Assembly: GCA_045636265.1 (NCBI GenBank)
Contig: JAZTXD010000102.1
Location: 5,034-69,033, forward strand
Source of the DNA: Candidatus Flemingiibacterium sp.
GTDB taxonomy: Bacteria; Bacillota; Clostridia; Oscillospirales; CAG-272
Reading direction: 5' to 3'
Length of the DNA stretch: 64,000 nt
This document shows positions 28,191-38,490 of this stretch, one piece after another; position 1 is the first letter of the stretch; each line of letters opens with the position of its first letter. Under the pieces are notes generated by a model, which worked only from the letters and a program-made list of their open reading frames with translations, was not told the DNA's origin and did not search any database. The translations under genes were made by a program, and so were the position numbers.

Positions 28191-29549
28191 TTATTTGATC
28201 TTGCTTTGCTCAAGTGCCGCCTGCATTGCACGTTTTCTGTCGGCAATCTTGATCTTCGTGGCACGGATATACTGCACGAGCGGTACATGTCCCGGACAAC
28301 TGTAGGAACAGCTTCCGCATTCGATACAGCTTGATATGTTGAATTCTTCTGCCTCATCGAGCTTATTCTGCATTGAGAATGTTGCGAGATAGCTCGGCAG
28401 CAGTCGCATTGGACAGCCTCTTACACAGCGTCCGCATCTGATGCATGTGGGCGGCTGTTCGAATTTTGCTTCGAAGCCGTCGGACAGAGCGAGGAGTGCA
28501 GAAGTACCCTTTGTAACGGATGCGTTTATGTCCCACTGCGCCTTACCCATCATCGGTCCGCCGTCGATTATCTTCTGGGGCTCGAGTACAAGACCTCCGC
28601 AGAAATCAATGAGGTCTTTATACGATGTTCCGATGGGGACATATACGTTTTGCGGATATCTTATGCAGTCGCCGTCAACCGTTACGATACGCGCGATAAG
28701 CGGCATGCCGTATGCCATCGCGTTGTAGATTGCCGCACAGGTTTCGGCGTTGAAAATACAGCATCCCACCTCAGAGGGAAGCTTTCCCGCGGCGAGCTGT
28801 TTGCCGGTGACGGCATAGATGAGCTGACGCTCGTCGCCCTGGGGATATTTGGTCTTCAGCGTTTCCACTCTGATAAGATTACTGCCCGTAAGCTTTGCTT
28901 TGAGTCTTCTTATTGCATCGGGCTTGTTGTCTTCCACTGCGATAATGGCAGAGCGCAGAGAAAACGCTTTCATGAGTATTTTAAGTCCGTTTATCACGGC
29001 GCTCGGATTTTCAAGCAGTAAGCGGTGGTTAGCCGTTATAAACGGCTCACATTCTGCGCAGTTGACGATAACTGTGTCAACCTTTCCTATAGCCGAGCTG
29101 ATTTTTGCATATGTGGGGAACGTTGCGCCGCCCATGCCGGATATACCAGCGGCACGGACTATTTCGATAATCTCCTCGGTAGTTGTTTCGGCAAGACGCT
29201 TGCCCCATGGCTTTACGCTCTCGTGAAGGCGGTCCTGTCCGTCATTCTCAATTACAACGGAGCGAATTTTGGTATCATTCGGACCGTTCTTCTCGTCAAT
29301 CTTTATGACCTTACCCGAAACACTTGCGTGTACCGGGCATCCAAGCCCATTCTCAACTGTTCCGACAACCTGTCCCTTATCAACAATATCACCCACGTTT
29401 ACGCACGGAACAGCCGGCGCTCCGATGTGCTGCGACATGGGTATGGAAACGGTAGCCGGGGCGGGCATAGCCACGACCGGACAACCGCGTGTATTTTTAT
29501 ATTCGTTTACATGTATACCGCCTTTGAAGGTCAGTGCCACACGGTTCAC
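28191..29549 (-). CDS. rnfC: Rnf electron transport complex subunit C
   Basis: FKGGIH, GMGGATFPT, and two 4Fe-4S motifs (CIRCGRCVRGCP and CIECGSCSYSCP). GTG start at 29549, or alternatively 29540. Confidence 0.92.
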   Translation of the reverse strand: MNRVALTFKGGIHVNEYKNTRGCPVVAMPAPATVSIPMSQHIGAPAVPCVNVGDIVDKGQVVGTVENGLGCPVHASVSGKVIKIDEKNGPNDTKIRSVVIENDGQDRLHESVKPWGKRLAETTTEEIIEIVRAAGISGMGGATFPTYAKISSAIGKVDTVIVNCAECEPFITANHRLLLENPSAVINGLKILMKAFSLRSAIIAVEDNKPDAIRRLKAKLTGSNLIRVETLKTKYPQGDERQLIYAVTGKQLAAGKLPSEVGCCIFNAETCAAIYNAMAYGMPLIARIVTVDGDCIRYPQNVYVPIGTSYKDLIDFCGGLVLEPQKIIDGGPMMGKAQWDINASVTKGTSALLALSDGFEAKFEQPPTCIRCGRCVRGCPMRLLPSYLATFSMQNKLDEAEEFNISSCIECGSCSYSCPGHVPLVQYIRATKIKIADRKRAMQAALEQSKIK

Positions 29550-29594
29550 CTCTTTTTTGAAATTGTGAATTTCGAAGAATTATATCACTATTAC

Positions 29595-29623
29595 ATTATA
29601 CTATATATTTTTATATATTGCAA
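29595..29623 (-). promoter_or_regulatory. Sigma-A type promoter of the rnf operon
   Basis: Minus strand reads TTGCAA (29623-29618), 17-bp spacer, TATAAT (29600-29595). Confidence 0.55.
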
Positions 29624-29687
29624 GAGCAAAAATGACGAAATTAACAAAGAAATTTACTCCGACTTATCATTTTATGCAAATTGTCAA

Positions 29688-29741
29688 CAAAATAACAAAG
29701 ATGCGCCAAAAACAACCGGAACGGCAGATGTTTTGGCGCAT
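29688..29741 (-). terminator. Rho-independent terminator after lrgB
   Basis: 11-bp stem ATGCGCCAAAA / TTTTGGCGCAT (29701-29741), followed on the minus strand by CTTTGTTATTT. Confidence 0.7.
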
Positions 29742-29762
29742 GTGTTATCAAAATATACGGTT

Positions 29763-30494
29763 TTATATCGGAATTGCCGCCACCATAGGAGCTAAAACCA
29801 CCGTGATAAGTCCGCAGACCGCGATTGACAGACCGCTCATGGCTTCCTCGATTTCTCCGAATTCGCGTGCCTTTGCTGTTCCGATAGCGTGTGCGGCGGT
29901 TCCGCACGCAAGTCCCACGGAAACGGGGTGCTTTATCTTGAAAATTTTCATTACAACAGCGGCGGTGGCATTTCCGAACATTCCCGTCAAAGCTATGATA
30001 GCCGCGGTGAGCGAAACGATGCCGCCAAGCTCCGCACAAATGTCAATGGCGATTGCTGTTGTTATGGATTTTGGCAAAAGGGTGACGAACTGCTCATACG
30101 AAAGCCCGAACATTACGCCGACGGCGAGGACAGTTCCAAGGCTGGTCACAGCTCCCGAAAAAATACCGGCTATTATTGCAAGCGGATACTTTTTGAGATA
30201 GGACAGTTTTTCGTAAAGCGGTATGGCAAGACATACGGTGGTGGGAGTTAGAAGTACCTGCAAAAATGCGGCGCCGGTGCCGTCGTAACCGTAGTCGGTC
30301 TTCTTGCCGTGGATGAAAACCTGGGAATCAATTCCCGTTACAAGCAAGAGCACGATAATTACCGCACAGCTTATGAAAATCGGATTGATAAACGAAATTT
30401 TTGTTTTTTTGCAAACCCACGACACACCGATGAATACGACGCAGGTCAGAAAGAGTCCGAAAAAAGAAACAGAGGATGCAAGCTCATTTAACAT
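29763..30494 (-). CDS. lrgB: LrgB-family membrane protein (antiholin-like / pyruvate-transport partner)
   Basis: Polytopic. GTAAHAIGTAKA signature. Overlaps lrgA by 11 nt. Confidence 0.87.
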   Translation of the reverse strand: MLNELASSVSFFGLFLTCVVFIGVSWVCKKTKISFINPIFISCAVIIVLLLVTGIDSQVFIHGKKTDYGYDGTGAAFLQVLLTPTTVCLAIPLYEKLSYLKKYPLAIIAGIFSGAVTSLGTVLAVGVMFGLSYEQFVTLLPKSITTAIAIDICAELGGIVSLTAAIIALTGMFGNATAAVVMKIFKIKHPVSVGLACGTAAHAIGTAKAREFGEIEEAMSGLSIAVCGLITVVLAPMVAAIPI

Positions 30495-30858
30495 TTTTGT
30501 CTGCCTCCTTTTTATCCTTGTGTCGGATAAGCGCCTGGGAAACGTGTCCCGTAACCACCATTACAAGCAGAGTGCTCACCGTTGCCACAAGGAGCATTGG
30601 GATGATAAACTCGCGGAACTCGTCAAAATATTCAATGAGTCCCACTATGGGGGCGATAAACATTATCGGCATGAGCGTTATGAGAAAATCTCCAACGTCC
30701 TTTACCTGACTCAGCTTGACAATGCCCGTCAGAAGCAGTAAAAACAGCATGACAAGCCCGTAGATGCTTCCGGGAATGGGAAGCGGTATTATCCGATTAA
30801 GCAGCTCACCGCAGAACGATATGGCGCAGATGAGCGTTATCTGATGAATATACTTCAT
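30484..30858 (-). CDS. lrgA: CidA/LrgA-family holin-like protein
   Basis: 124 aa with 4 TM segments. PIPGSIYGLVMLFLLL motif. Confidence 0.85.
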   Translation of the reverse strand: MKYIHQITLICAISFCGELLNRIIPLPIPGSIYGLVMLFLLLLTGIVKLSQVKDVGDFLITLMPIMFIAPIVGLIEYFDEFREFIIPMLLVATVSTLLVMVVTGHVSQALIRHKDKKEADKNVK

Positions 30859-30973
30859 TTGTATTCTCCGTTTGTTACTTGGTTATAGTTTATTTTTTAG
30901 CGTAACGAAATAATTATACCACATACATATATCAAAAGCAAGGGGGAGAATACAAAAAAGCCGCAAGAAAATC

Positions 30974-31252
30974 TTACGGCTGAGTCTTCATTTTTTTTAC
31001 AAGTTCATATTTGCGTTTTGTTGCATCCCCGCCGCGAATGTGGCGCTCCTCCCGATTAAGACAGAGAATCTTCATAACTTCTGTGTGCAGTGCGGGATCT
31101 ATTTTAGCAAGACGTACGGCTACGTCCTTATGTACTGTTGATTTACTTATTCCAAATGCGGCGGCGGTACTTCTCACCGTGCTTTTTTTGCTGATAAGGT
31201 ATTCTGCTAGCCGTCTGGCCCTCTCATCGCAGTCATAAAACAAGTGGCTCAC
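30974..31252 (-). CDS. spoIIID: Sporulation transcriptional regulator SpoIIID
   Basis: HTH region KSTVRSTAAAFGISKSTVHKDV and C-terminal HIRGGDATKRKYE match my memory of B. subtilis SpoIIID. The true start may be the TTG at 31243, which follows AAGAGGTG. Confidence 0.87.
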   Translation of the reverse strand: MSHLFYDCDERARRLAEYLISKKSTVRSTAAAFGISKSTVHKDVAVRLAKIDPALHTEVMKILCLNREERHIRGGDATKRKYELVKKMKTQP

Positions 31253-31353
31253 CTCTTTAAAGTGTTGTTTGTAACACTATATGCAAAAGAATGAGCTTTA
31301 ATGACAGCAAAGAAAAAGGACCGCTCAAAATGAGCGGTCCCATGTATGTGTAC

Positions 31354-31899
31354 TTATTTCTTGAGAGAATCTCTGATCTGGCGGATATTTGCGTAGAATT
31401 CTTCAAGAGCAGCCTTGTCGGCAGCAGCCTTCGCTTCAGCAGCGGCAGCAGCCTCGGCAGCCGTTGCATCTTCCTCTGCCTTCTTTGCAGCGGCAGCAGC
31501 CTCTTCCTCAGCGAGCTTCTTGGCGTTGAGTTTGCGCTCCATTCCCTTTATTACGCGGATGGTAACAAAAATGGAGAATGCAATGATGAGGAAGTCGATG
31601 ATAGTCTGGATCCACAGACCGTACATAATGGAAATTTCGGCAACCTCTGCGATGCCTGCTGCTTCGTCAGCAGGTACAGCCTCACGGAGAACGTATTTCC
31701 ATTCGTTGATGGAAACGCCGCTTGTGAAGTAGGTCATAAGAGGAGTGATTATGTTCTTTACAAGTCCTGTTACGATAGCGTTGAACGCTGTACCTACAAC
31801 AACACCGACTGCCATGTCGAGTACGTTGCCCTTAGTGATGAAATTCTTGAAATCGGTAAAGAAGGAAACCTTGGGGATTTTTATTTTGTCTTTAGCCAT
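31354..31899 (-). CDS. mscL: Large-conductance mechanosensitive channel MscL with Ala/Glu/Lys-rich C-terminal tail
   Basis: FKNFITKGNVLDMAVGVVVGTAFNAIV signature. ATG at 31899 follows GGAG with a 7-nt spacer. Confidence 0.9.
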   Translation of the reverse strand: MAKDKIKIPKVSFFTDFKNFITKGNVLDMAVGVVVGTAFNAIVTGLVKNIITPLMTYFTSGVSINEWKYVLREAVPADEAAGIAEVAEISIMYGLWIQTIIDFLIIAFSIFVTIRVIKGMERKLNAKKLAEEEAAAAAKKAEEDATAAEAAAAAEAKAAADKAALEEFYANIRQIRDSLKK

Positions 31900-31966
31900 G
31901 ATATATCTCCTTTTCAATATTATTTTACAAAAATTATTGTATCAGAAAAATCTCACTTTGTCAACA

Positions 31967-32860
31967 TCAACCGTCATTTTTCCTTGATTTTTCCGCTTTT
32001 ATGAGATCATTGCCGTTTTTAGACTCTGTGGGGGTGTATCCGATTATCTCCTTATATGTGCGTGTGAAATAAGAGATGTTTTCAAATCCGCACATTCTCG
32101 CTGTTTCTCCAACCGTATGGTTTCCTCTGCGAAGGAGCTTCTGTGCCTCGCGGCAGCGAAGATTGTTTATATAGTGCACCACAGTATAGCCTGTTTCACG
32201 CTTGAACTCACGGCAAAAATAAAATTTGCTTACGTTTACATTTGCCGCTATTGAATCGATTGTGAGAGGCTCCTCATAGTGTGACTTTATATAGGCGATA
32301 GCACGCTTTATCGTGTCGCTGTGAACGTGATCGACGGCGTCCGGTATTGAATACTCGCGGCAAAGGTGAACCATTAAAGTGAGTATTGCCGCTTTTACTG
32401 ACGCGGCGCCGTATTCATCTCCGTCGCGCATTTTTACTATTTCGTCCATTGCCGAGACAAAACGCTCTGTGGCCTTTTTGTCGGTGATGACTGTATCAAA
32501 TTTTATCTCGGAGATATTTATGTCGCATTTTGCGAGAAATGCACTGTCGATAATCAGGCAATCGTGTGTTACATTGTTACACTTTGGTATGGCGTGGAGC
32601 GTGTTTGAATTTACAATGGCAATATCGCCGCTGTTTACGGCGTATGATTGGCGGTCGCAGATGATTCCGCATTCGCCGTGAAAATACAGTATTTCAACGT
32701 TTTCGTGCCAGTGGGGCATAACGCATATGTTTCCGAAGTGATAAACATAGGGATGGGCAGGGTCAGGTATTACGTGCGCTTCATAGTGGCTGTCACCGAC
32801 ATACACGTCCGTTGGTGGAAGGTTATCTTTAGGTGCGGCGAATAAAGTGCTGCTTGACAT
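31967..32860 (-). CDS. AraC-family transcriptional regulator (cupin + HTH)
   Basis: C-terminal AraC HTH (VSKFYFCREFKRETGYTVVHYINNLRCREAQKLL...ENISYFTRTYKEIIGYTP). ATG at 32860 has a GGAGG RBS. Divergent from the isomerase operon. Confidence 0.8.
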   Translation of the reverse strand: MSSSTLFAAPKDNLPPTDVYVGDSHYEAHVIPDPAHPYVYHFGNICVMPHWHENVEILYFHGECGIICDRQSYAVNSGDIAIVNSNTLHAIPKCNNVTHDCLIIDSAFLAKCDINISEIKFDTVITDKKATERFVSAMDEIVKMRDGDEYGAASVKAAILTLMVHLCREYSIPDAVDHVHSDTIKRAIAYIKSHYEEPLTIDSIAANVNVSKFYFCREFKRETGYTVVHYINNLRCREAQKLLRRGNHTVGETARMCGFENISYFTRTYKEIIGYTPTESKNGNDLIKAEKSRKNDG

Positions 32861-33003
32861 AAAAAGGCCTCCGGGCAATATAGTGTTAAATTTGAGCAAA
32901 ATTTTGTCTTGCCAAATCTATAAAACTATTGTATAATATCAGTAGAAAAAAAGCAAGAGGTTTTGAAAATAAATTGCAAAAATTATTTCAAGGAGGTATG
33001 TTT

Positions 33004-33861
33004 ATGTACAATTTCCCGATAGGCGTACTGCTCGAGTCCTTCCGCCTGCCTACACGTGAAGCTGTAAAAAAGGCGGCAGAGCTTGGACTTAACGGTATTC
33101 AGATGTATGCAACAAAAGGCGAGAATTCTCCGGAAAATCTTTCGGGTGCAAAGGCGCGTGAGCTTCTTGGCTATGTAAAGGACCACGGACTTAAATTTTC
33201 CGCACTTTGCGGTGACCTCGGTCACGGATTCGGTAATCCTGAGCAAAATCCCGAGAGCATCGAAAAGTCGAAGCGCATCATTGACCTTGCACTTGAGCTT
33301 GACACCAACATCGTTACAACTCACATCGGTGTTGTTCCGTCCGATCCCACACACGACAGATACAAGATAATGCAAGAGGCATGCTCAAAGCTTGCTGAAT
33401 ATGCGGACAGCGTAAATGCTCATTTCGCTATCGAAACAGGTCCGGAAACCTCGGCGGTTCTCAAGGGATTCCTCGATAGCCTTGGCTCAAAGGGCGTTGC
33501 GGTAAATCTTGATCCGGCAAATCTCGTTATGGTAACCGGTGACGATCCCGTTCGCGCGGTTTATAACCTCAAGGACTACATAGTTCACACTCATGCAAAG
33601 GACGGCGTAAATCTTGCGCCTTGCAATCCCGAATATGTGTACCGCGTGGTACATCCGATACCGGAGGAGGTTCGCGGCGTGAAACACTTTGAGGAGGTTG
33701 CACTCGGCAGCGGAAGCGTTGACTTTGCGGCTTATCTCAAGGCACTTGAGGATATCGGTTACAAAGGATTTCTTACTATAGAGCGTGAGGTCGGGGTCGA
33801 TCCCGCGGCGGATATAGTAACAGCGGCAAATTATCTTAAAGGTATTATAGCCAACAATTAG
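33004..33861 (+). CDS. Sugar phosphate isomerase/epimerase (xylose isomerase-like TIM barrel)
   Basis: AP_endonuc_2-like pattern (AIETGPE, VNLDPANL, HTHAKDG, TIERE). ATG at 33004 is 7 nt after AGGAGG. Confidence 0.78.
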   Translation: MYNFPIGVLLESFRLPTREAVKKAAELGLNGIQMYATKGENSPENLSGAKARELLGYVKDHGLKFSALCGDLGHGFGNPEQNPESIEKSKRIIDLALELDTNIVTTHIGVVPSDPTHDRYKIMQEACSKLAEYADSVNAHFAIETGPETSAVLKGFLDSLGSKGVAVNLDPANLVMVTGDDPVRAVYNLKDYIVHTHAKDGVNLAPCNPEYVYRVVHPIPEEVRGVKHFEEVALGSGSVDFAAYLKALEDIGYKGFLTIEREVGVDPAADIVTAANYLKGIIANN

Positions 33862-33877
33862 AGGGAGGATATAAACA

Positions 33878-34948
33878 ATGAAAAAACTCAGACTTGCCAT
33901 GATAGGTGCGGGCAATATTGCCAAAACGCATCTTGATGCTTACGCAAAAATGCCGAATGTTGAGGTGGTTGCGGCTTGTGATATCAACGAGGAGGTGCTC
34001 AACAAAACCGCAGACAAGTACGGTATCGTCAGACGTTATACATCCCTTGATCAGATGCTGAAGCTCGAGGAGCTTGACGCTGCTGACGTTTGCGTATGGA
34101 ACTGCTCTCACGCAGAGTGTACAATTGCGGCTCTCAATGCAGGACTTGATGTTCTCTGCGAAAAGCCTATGGCAATGAATGCGGGAGAGGCGCAGGCAAT
34201 GAAGGATGCCGCTGATAAAAACGGCAAGCTTCTCATGCTCGGCTTTGTCACACGTTTCTCAAAGCAGGCTGTTATTGCCAAGGATTTTATCGACAACGGC
34301 TATCTCGGCGACATATACTTCACAAAGGCTTCCTATCTGCGCCGTCACGGTAATCCCGGCGGCTGGTTCTCCGACAAGTCCAAGTCCGGCGGCGGTCCGA
34401 TCATTGATATCGGCGTTCATCCGCTTGACCTTATCCGCTATCTCATGGGCAATCCGAAGCCTGTATCCGTATACTGTGTTTCAAACAGCGAGCTTCATGA
34501 GGACCGTGCAAATCTGAAGACCAGAGTTAGCTGGTATCCGGAAGGATCGGATCCCAAGCGTGATGTTTGCAATGTTGAGTCGAGCGCAGTTGGAATTATT
34601 CGCTACGACAACGGAGCTTCCACGCTTCTTGAGTGCTCATACAACCTTAACCTCGGTGTTTCAGGCGATTCGCTGGGACGTACACTCTGCGGAACCAAGG
34701 GCGGCTTTAACCTTGACACAATGAAGTTCTATACAAATATAAACGGCTTTATGACAGACGTTGCAATCGATGCAAGCACCTACGAAAAGGGCAAGGATCT
34801 TTTCTATGATGAAATGGCGCACTTTGTTGACTGCTGTCTTAACGGCACAAAGTGCATCTCTCCTGCCGAGGATGGCGTAGTTATCATGAAGATTCTCGAC
34901 GCGCTCTACGAGTCCGCGAGAAGTGGCAAGTCCGTTGACATTGACTGA
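33878..34948 (+). CDS. Gfo/Idh/MocA-family NAD(P)-dependent oxidoreductase
   Basis: N-terminal Rossmann LRLAMIGAGNIAKTH and the EKP motif (VLCEKPMA). Confidence 0.85.
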   Translation: MKKLRLAMIGAGNIAKTHLDAYAKMPNVEVVAACDINEEVLNKTADKYGIVRRYTSLDQMLKLEELDAADVCVWNCSHAECTIAALNAGLDVLCEKPMAMNAGEAQAMKDAADKNGKLLMLGFVTRFSKQAVIAKDFIDNGYLGDIYFTKASYLRRHGNPGGWFSDKSKSGGGPIIDIGVHPLDLIRYLMGNPKPVSVYCVSNSELHEDRANLKTRVSWYPEGSDPKRDVCNVESSAVGIIRYDNGASTLLECSYNLNLGVSGDSLGRTLCGTKGGFNLDTMKFYTNINGFMTDVAIDASTYEKGKDLFYDEMAHFVDCCLNGTKCISPAEDGVVIMKILDALYESARSGKSVDID

Positions 34949-35073
34949 TTTTTTCAGCGCAAAAAAATAGGTGATCCCCGTCGAAATATGTCCGACGGGG
35001 ATCATTTTGCTATTTACAAATGTAAATGTATGTGGTATAATGGTTTTGATAAAACGTGAAAGGAAGGTGCCGT

Positions 35074-35892
35074 ATGGAGATCATCCAAGAGGTTGGCAGA
35101 TATGAGATCGCGTGTCATACCATAAATTTTACCCCGCGTGCAAAGCAGTTCCACTGGCATGAAAACTACGAGATATGCCAGCTTTTGAAAACTCCGGCTA
35201 CATTCCGAGTTGACGGCGTGCTTTATGATGCCAAAGAGGGTGACATTATCGCGATAAACGAGCATGTTATCCACCAGTTTTTAATTCCGGACGGCGGCTC
35301 ACTCATCAGAATTTTTCAGTTTCCGCTGAAGATTCTGCTTAACTTCAGCGCGAGCATAGCGCCGCTTAAAATTCATATAAAGCGCGAGGAAATCCTCGCT
35401 GTCCCCGGGCTTGAAGAGAAAATCACGACACTTTTTAACCTTCTGGAAGATGAGGATAATGCGGAGAATACCTTGGAAAATCCTTTTCTTTCCGGAATTG
35501 CCGCATCGCTGTATCTGCTGCTTGAACGGAATTTTTCCGCAACGGAAAGCGTATTCTCCAAAAATAAAGAGAAGCAGGATTTTTACCGCATAGCAGAATA
35601 CATAAATAATCATTACAAGGAAGAAGTGACGGTTACTTCAATTTCCAAGGAGCTGTATTTTTCACGCGGACACCTTGCCGCAATATTCAAAAAATATGCG
35701 GGCGTGTCGGTTACGGATTACATAAACACGCTTCGCATCACAAACGCAAATTATCTGTTGAAAAACGGCGCGAGTGCAACCGAGGCGGCTTTGGAGAGCG
35801 GATTTCAGAGTATTCGCACCTTTAACAACGTGTATAAAGCGCTAATGAACACTACACCTACCAAATACGCAAAAAAGAGTGGGGAAATATAA
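35074..35892 (+). CDS. AraC-family transcriptional regulator
   Basis: Cupin-like N-terminus and a C-terminal AraC HTH (FSRGHLAAIFKKYAGVSVTDYINTLRITNANYLL...FQSIRTFNNVYKALMNTTP). Confidence 0.8.
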   Translation: MEIIQEVGRYEIACHTINFTPRAKQFHWHENYEICQLLKTPATFRVDGVLYDAKEGDIIAINEHVIHQFLIPDGGSLIRIFQFPLKILLNFSASIAPLKIHIKREEILAVPGLEEKITTLFNLLEDEDNAENTLENPFLSGIAASLYLLLERNFSATESVFSKNKEKQDFYRIAEYINNHYKEEVTVTSISKELYFSRGHLAAIFKKYAGVSVTDYINTLRITNANYLLKNGASATEAALESGFQSIRTFNNVYKALMNTTPTKYAKKSGEI

Positions 35893-35904
35893 CTCTTAGG
35901 CTAT

Positions 35905-35942
35905 AAGAGGACGGATTTTATCTGAATCTGTCCTCTTTTTTG
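35905..35942 (+). terminator. Rho-independent terminator
   Basis: AAGAGGACGGA...TCTGTCCTCTT stem followed by TTTTT. Confidence 0.75.
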
Positions 35943-36068
35943 TTTGTGCCGTGACAATTTTGCTATATTTGATAACATATTTTCTTGTCTGAATTTTAAA
36001 AAAAGCGTACAATTAAATTAAAGTGTATAACGGAAAATTATTGAATGTTTCAGAAGGGAAATGATATT

Positions 36069-37034
36069 ATGTACGATTTTACAGCTGCGGTACTCGGTAC
36101 CGGTTCTATGGGTAAACATCACATCAGAGTTCTCAAAAATGTCGTAAAAGAGCTGATTATATGCTCAAATGACGAAGAAACCGGAAAGGCGCTGTCCGAG
36201 GAATACGGATGCAAATTCTACAGCGACTATAATGAAATGTTCGAGAGGGAGCATATAGATCTTGTATCGGTATGTCTGCCCACCTATCTCCACCGTGACG
36301 CTTCCGTGGCGGCTATGGAACATGGCATAAATGTACTTTGCGAGAAGCCGTTTGCGTCAAATGCCGATGAAGCACGCGAGATGCTGGAGCTTGCAAAGGC
36401 AAAAAATCTTCAGCTTATGATAGGCCACTGTGAGCGTTTCACCAAGCGATATGAATACATAAGAAGATGCGTGGCGGACGGAAGATTCGGAAAGGTTCTT
36501 TCCTACACCTCATGGAGAGAGCACGGCATGCCGAATTGGAGCGTTGGAAGCTGGCTTGCAAATCCCGCCTTGTCGGGCGGAATCGTCAGAGATACTCAAA
36601 TTCACGATACCGATATGATCGTGGGACTTTTCGGCGCACCGAAGAGTGTATTCACCGTTGGAAGCGACACACTTTGCCGCACTGTCTACACCTATGCCGA
36701 TAAGGCGGTTCTGGCATCGGCAAGCTGGAGAGATGTGAAAGATTTACCGTCCGAGCGCGGAATAGACGTCCTTTTTGAGCGCGGATTTATTAAAAACAGG
36801 GGAGCTGACGTTACTGCGTACATCCCCGGCGATAACTTTAACCCGTATGAGAAAGAGGAGTTTTCCGAATTCTTCGCCGACGATGCCATTGAAGGTGAGA
36901 TAAAATATTTTTGCCACTGCATCGAAGCCGGTGAAAAGCCGACTCTCTGTCCGCCGGAGGACAGCTATGAGTCGATAAAAGTAAGCTGTGCACAGTCCGA
37001 AAGCCTTAAAGGCTTAACAGAAGTTATTATTTAA
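36069..37034 (+). CDS. Gfo/Idh/MocA-family oxidoreductase
   Basis: AVLGTGSMGKHH Rossmann motif and VLCEKPFA motif. Start taken at MYDF (36069). Confidence 0.8.
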   Translation: MYDFTAAVLGTGSMGKHHIRVLKNVVKELIICSNDEETGKALSEEYGCKFYSDYNEMFEREHIDLVSVCLPTYLHRDASVAAMEHGINVLCEKPFASNADEAREMLELAKAKNLQLMIGHCERFTKRYEYIRRCVADGRFGKVLSYTSWREHGMPNWSVGSWLANPALSGGIVRDTQIHDTDMIVGLFGAPKSVFTVGSDTLCRTVYTYADKAVLASASWRDVKDLPSERGIDVLFERGFIKNRGADVTAYIPGDNFNPYEKEEFSEFFADDAIEGEIKYFCHCIEAGEKPTLCPPEDSYESIKVSCAQSESLKGLTEVII

Positions 37035-37058
37035 ATTATTCAAGGTAAAGTGAGAATT

Positions 37059-38489
37059 ATGTACGATATAGTTATAATCGGTGCCGGTGTTGTCGGCGGC
37101 ATGGTGGCGCGAGCGCTTTCCAAATATGAGCTCAGCATATACATCCTCGAAAAAGAAAACGATGTCGCCATGGGCGCGACACGTGCAAATAGCGCTATCG
37201 TTCACGCGGGTTTTGATGCGGTTGAGGGTTCCCTCAAGGCAAAGCTTAACGTGCGCGGCTCGGAGATGATGCCACAGGTGGCACGTGAGCTTGGCGTTAA
37301 ATATAAGCAAAACGAATCGCTCGTCGTAGGCTTTGAGCATGAGCGTGCCGAGGTTGAGGCGATTTACGAGCGCGGTGTGCGCAACGGAGTCCGTGACCTT
37401 CGCATAGTTGAGAGAGAAGAGCTTCACCGTCTTGAGCCGAATCTCAATCCCGAGCTTACCGTGGCGCTTCTTGCTCCCACGGGTGCTATTGTTTGCCCGT
37501 ATGAGCTTTGTATTGCCGCACTGGGCAATGCTATGGATAACGGGGCGAAGCTTAAACGAAATTTCTGTGTTGCAAATATCTCAAGGGAGGACGGAGGCTT
37601 CGTTATTACCTCGGAAGACGGCAAGAGCGTCAAGGCCAAATATATCATAAACTGCGCGGGACTTTATTCCGACAAAATCGCCGCTATGACGGGAGATGCT
37701 GATTTCACGGTTCATCCAAGGCGCGGAGAATATATGCTTCTTGACAAGGAGTGCGGAGAGTTTACCAAAAGAACCATCTTCCACACCCCGACAAAAATGG
37801 GCAAGGGAATTCTTATTTCCCCCACAGTTGACGGAAACCTTATCGTAGGCCCCACCGCCGTGGATATTGACGACAAAGAGGACACTTCGGTCACAGCAGA
37901 GGGATTTGCAACCCTTTACCAAAAGGCCGGCGAAAACGTTGCAAATATTCCCTTTAACAAGGTTATCACGTCCTTCTGCGGACTTCGCGCTGTTGGAAAT
38001 GAGGGCGACTTTATTATCCGTATGCGCGACAATGTTGTCACGCTTGCCGGAATCGAAAGTCCCGGACTTTCGGCTTCTCCGGCTATTGCAGAGTATGTTG
38101 AAAAGTTGATGCTGGATTCTGGAATGGGTGCACGCCTAAAAAAAGAGTATGACCCCACACGGTTGCCCACGCATTATTTTAAGGAACTTTCCACTGAAGA
38201 AAAAAACGAGATTATTAAGAAAAATCCGCGCTTTGGAAGGATCGTCTGCCGCTGTGAGGGCATTACGGAGGGCGAGATTGTTGATGCCATTCTCCGAAAT
38301 CCCGGCGCACGTGATATTGACGGCGTCAAGCGCAGAACAAGAAGCGGTATGGGCAGATGTCAGGGCGGATTCTGTTCGCCGAGCGTTATTGAGATAATAG
38401 CGCGCGAGTGTGGGGTGCCGTTTGAGAGCGTAACAAAATTCGGCAAGGGCTCCGTAATCAACTACAGCAAAACAAAGGGGGAACTCTGA
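37059..38489 (+). CDS. FAD-dependent oxidoreductase, GlpA/LhgO-like, with BFD-like [2Fe-2S] domain
   Basis: YDIVIIGAGVVGG dinucleotide motif and C-terminal CRCEGITEGEIVDAI...CQGGFC. Confidence 0.8.
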   Translation: MYDIVIIGAGVVGGMVARALSKYELSIYILEKENDVAMGATRANSAIVHAGFDAVEGSLKAKLNVRGSEMMPQVARELGVKYKQNESLVVGFEHERAEVEAIYERGVRNGVRDLRIVEREELHRLEPNLNPELTVALLAPTGAIVCPYELCIAALGNAMDNGAKLKRNFCVANISREDGGFVITSEDGKSVKAKYIINCAGLYSDKIAAMTGDADFTVHPRRGEYMLLDKECGEFTKRTIFHTPTKMGKGILISPTVDGNLIVGPTAVDIDDKEDTSVTAEGFATLYQKAGENVANIPFNKVITSFCGLRAVGNEGDFIIRMRDNVVTLAGIESPGLSASPAIAEYVEKLMLDSGMGARLKKEYDPTRLPTHYFKELSTEEKNEIIKKNPRFGRIVCRCEGITEGEIVDAILRNPGARDIDGVKRRTRSGMGRCQGGFCSPSVIEIIARECGVPFESVTKFGKGSVINYSKTKGEL

Positions 38490-38490
38490 T

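Noticed and set aside
31415-31732. An Ala-rich 105-aa plus-strand ORF.
   Set aside because: It is the antisense reading of the Ala/Glu-rich MscL tail (GCN codons read as GCN or NGC on the other strand), so it is an artefact.
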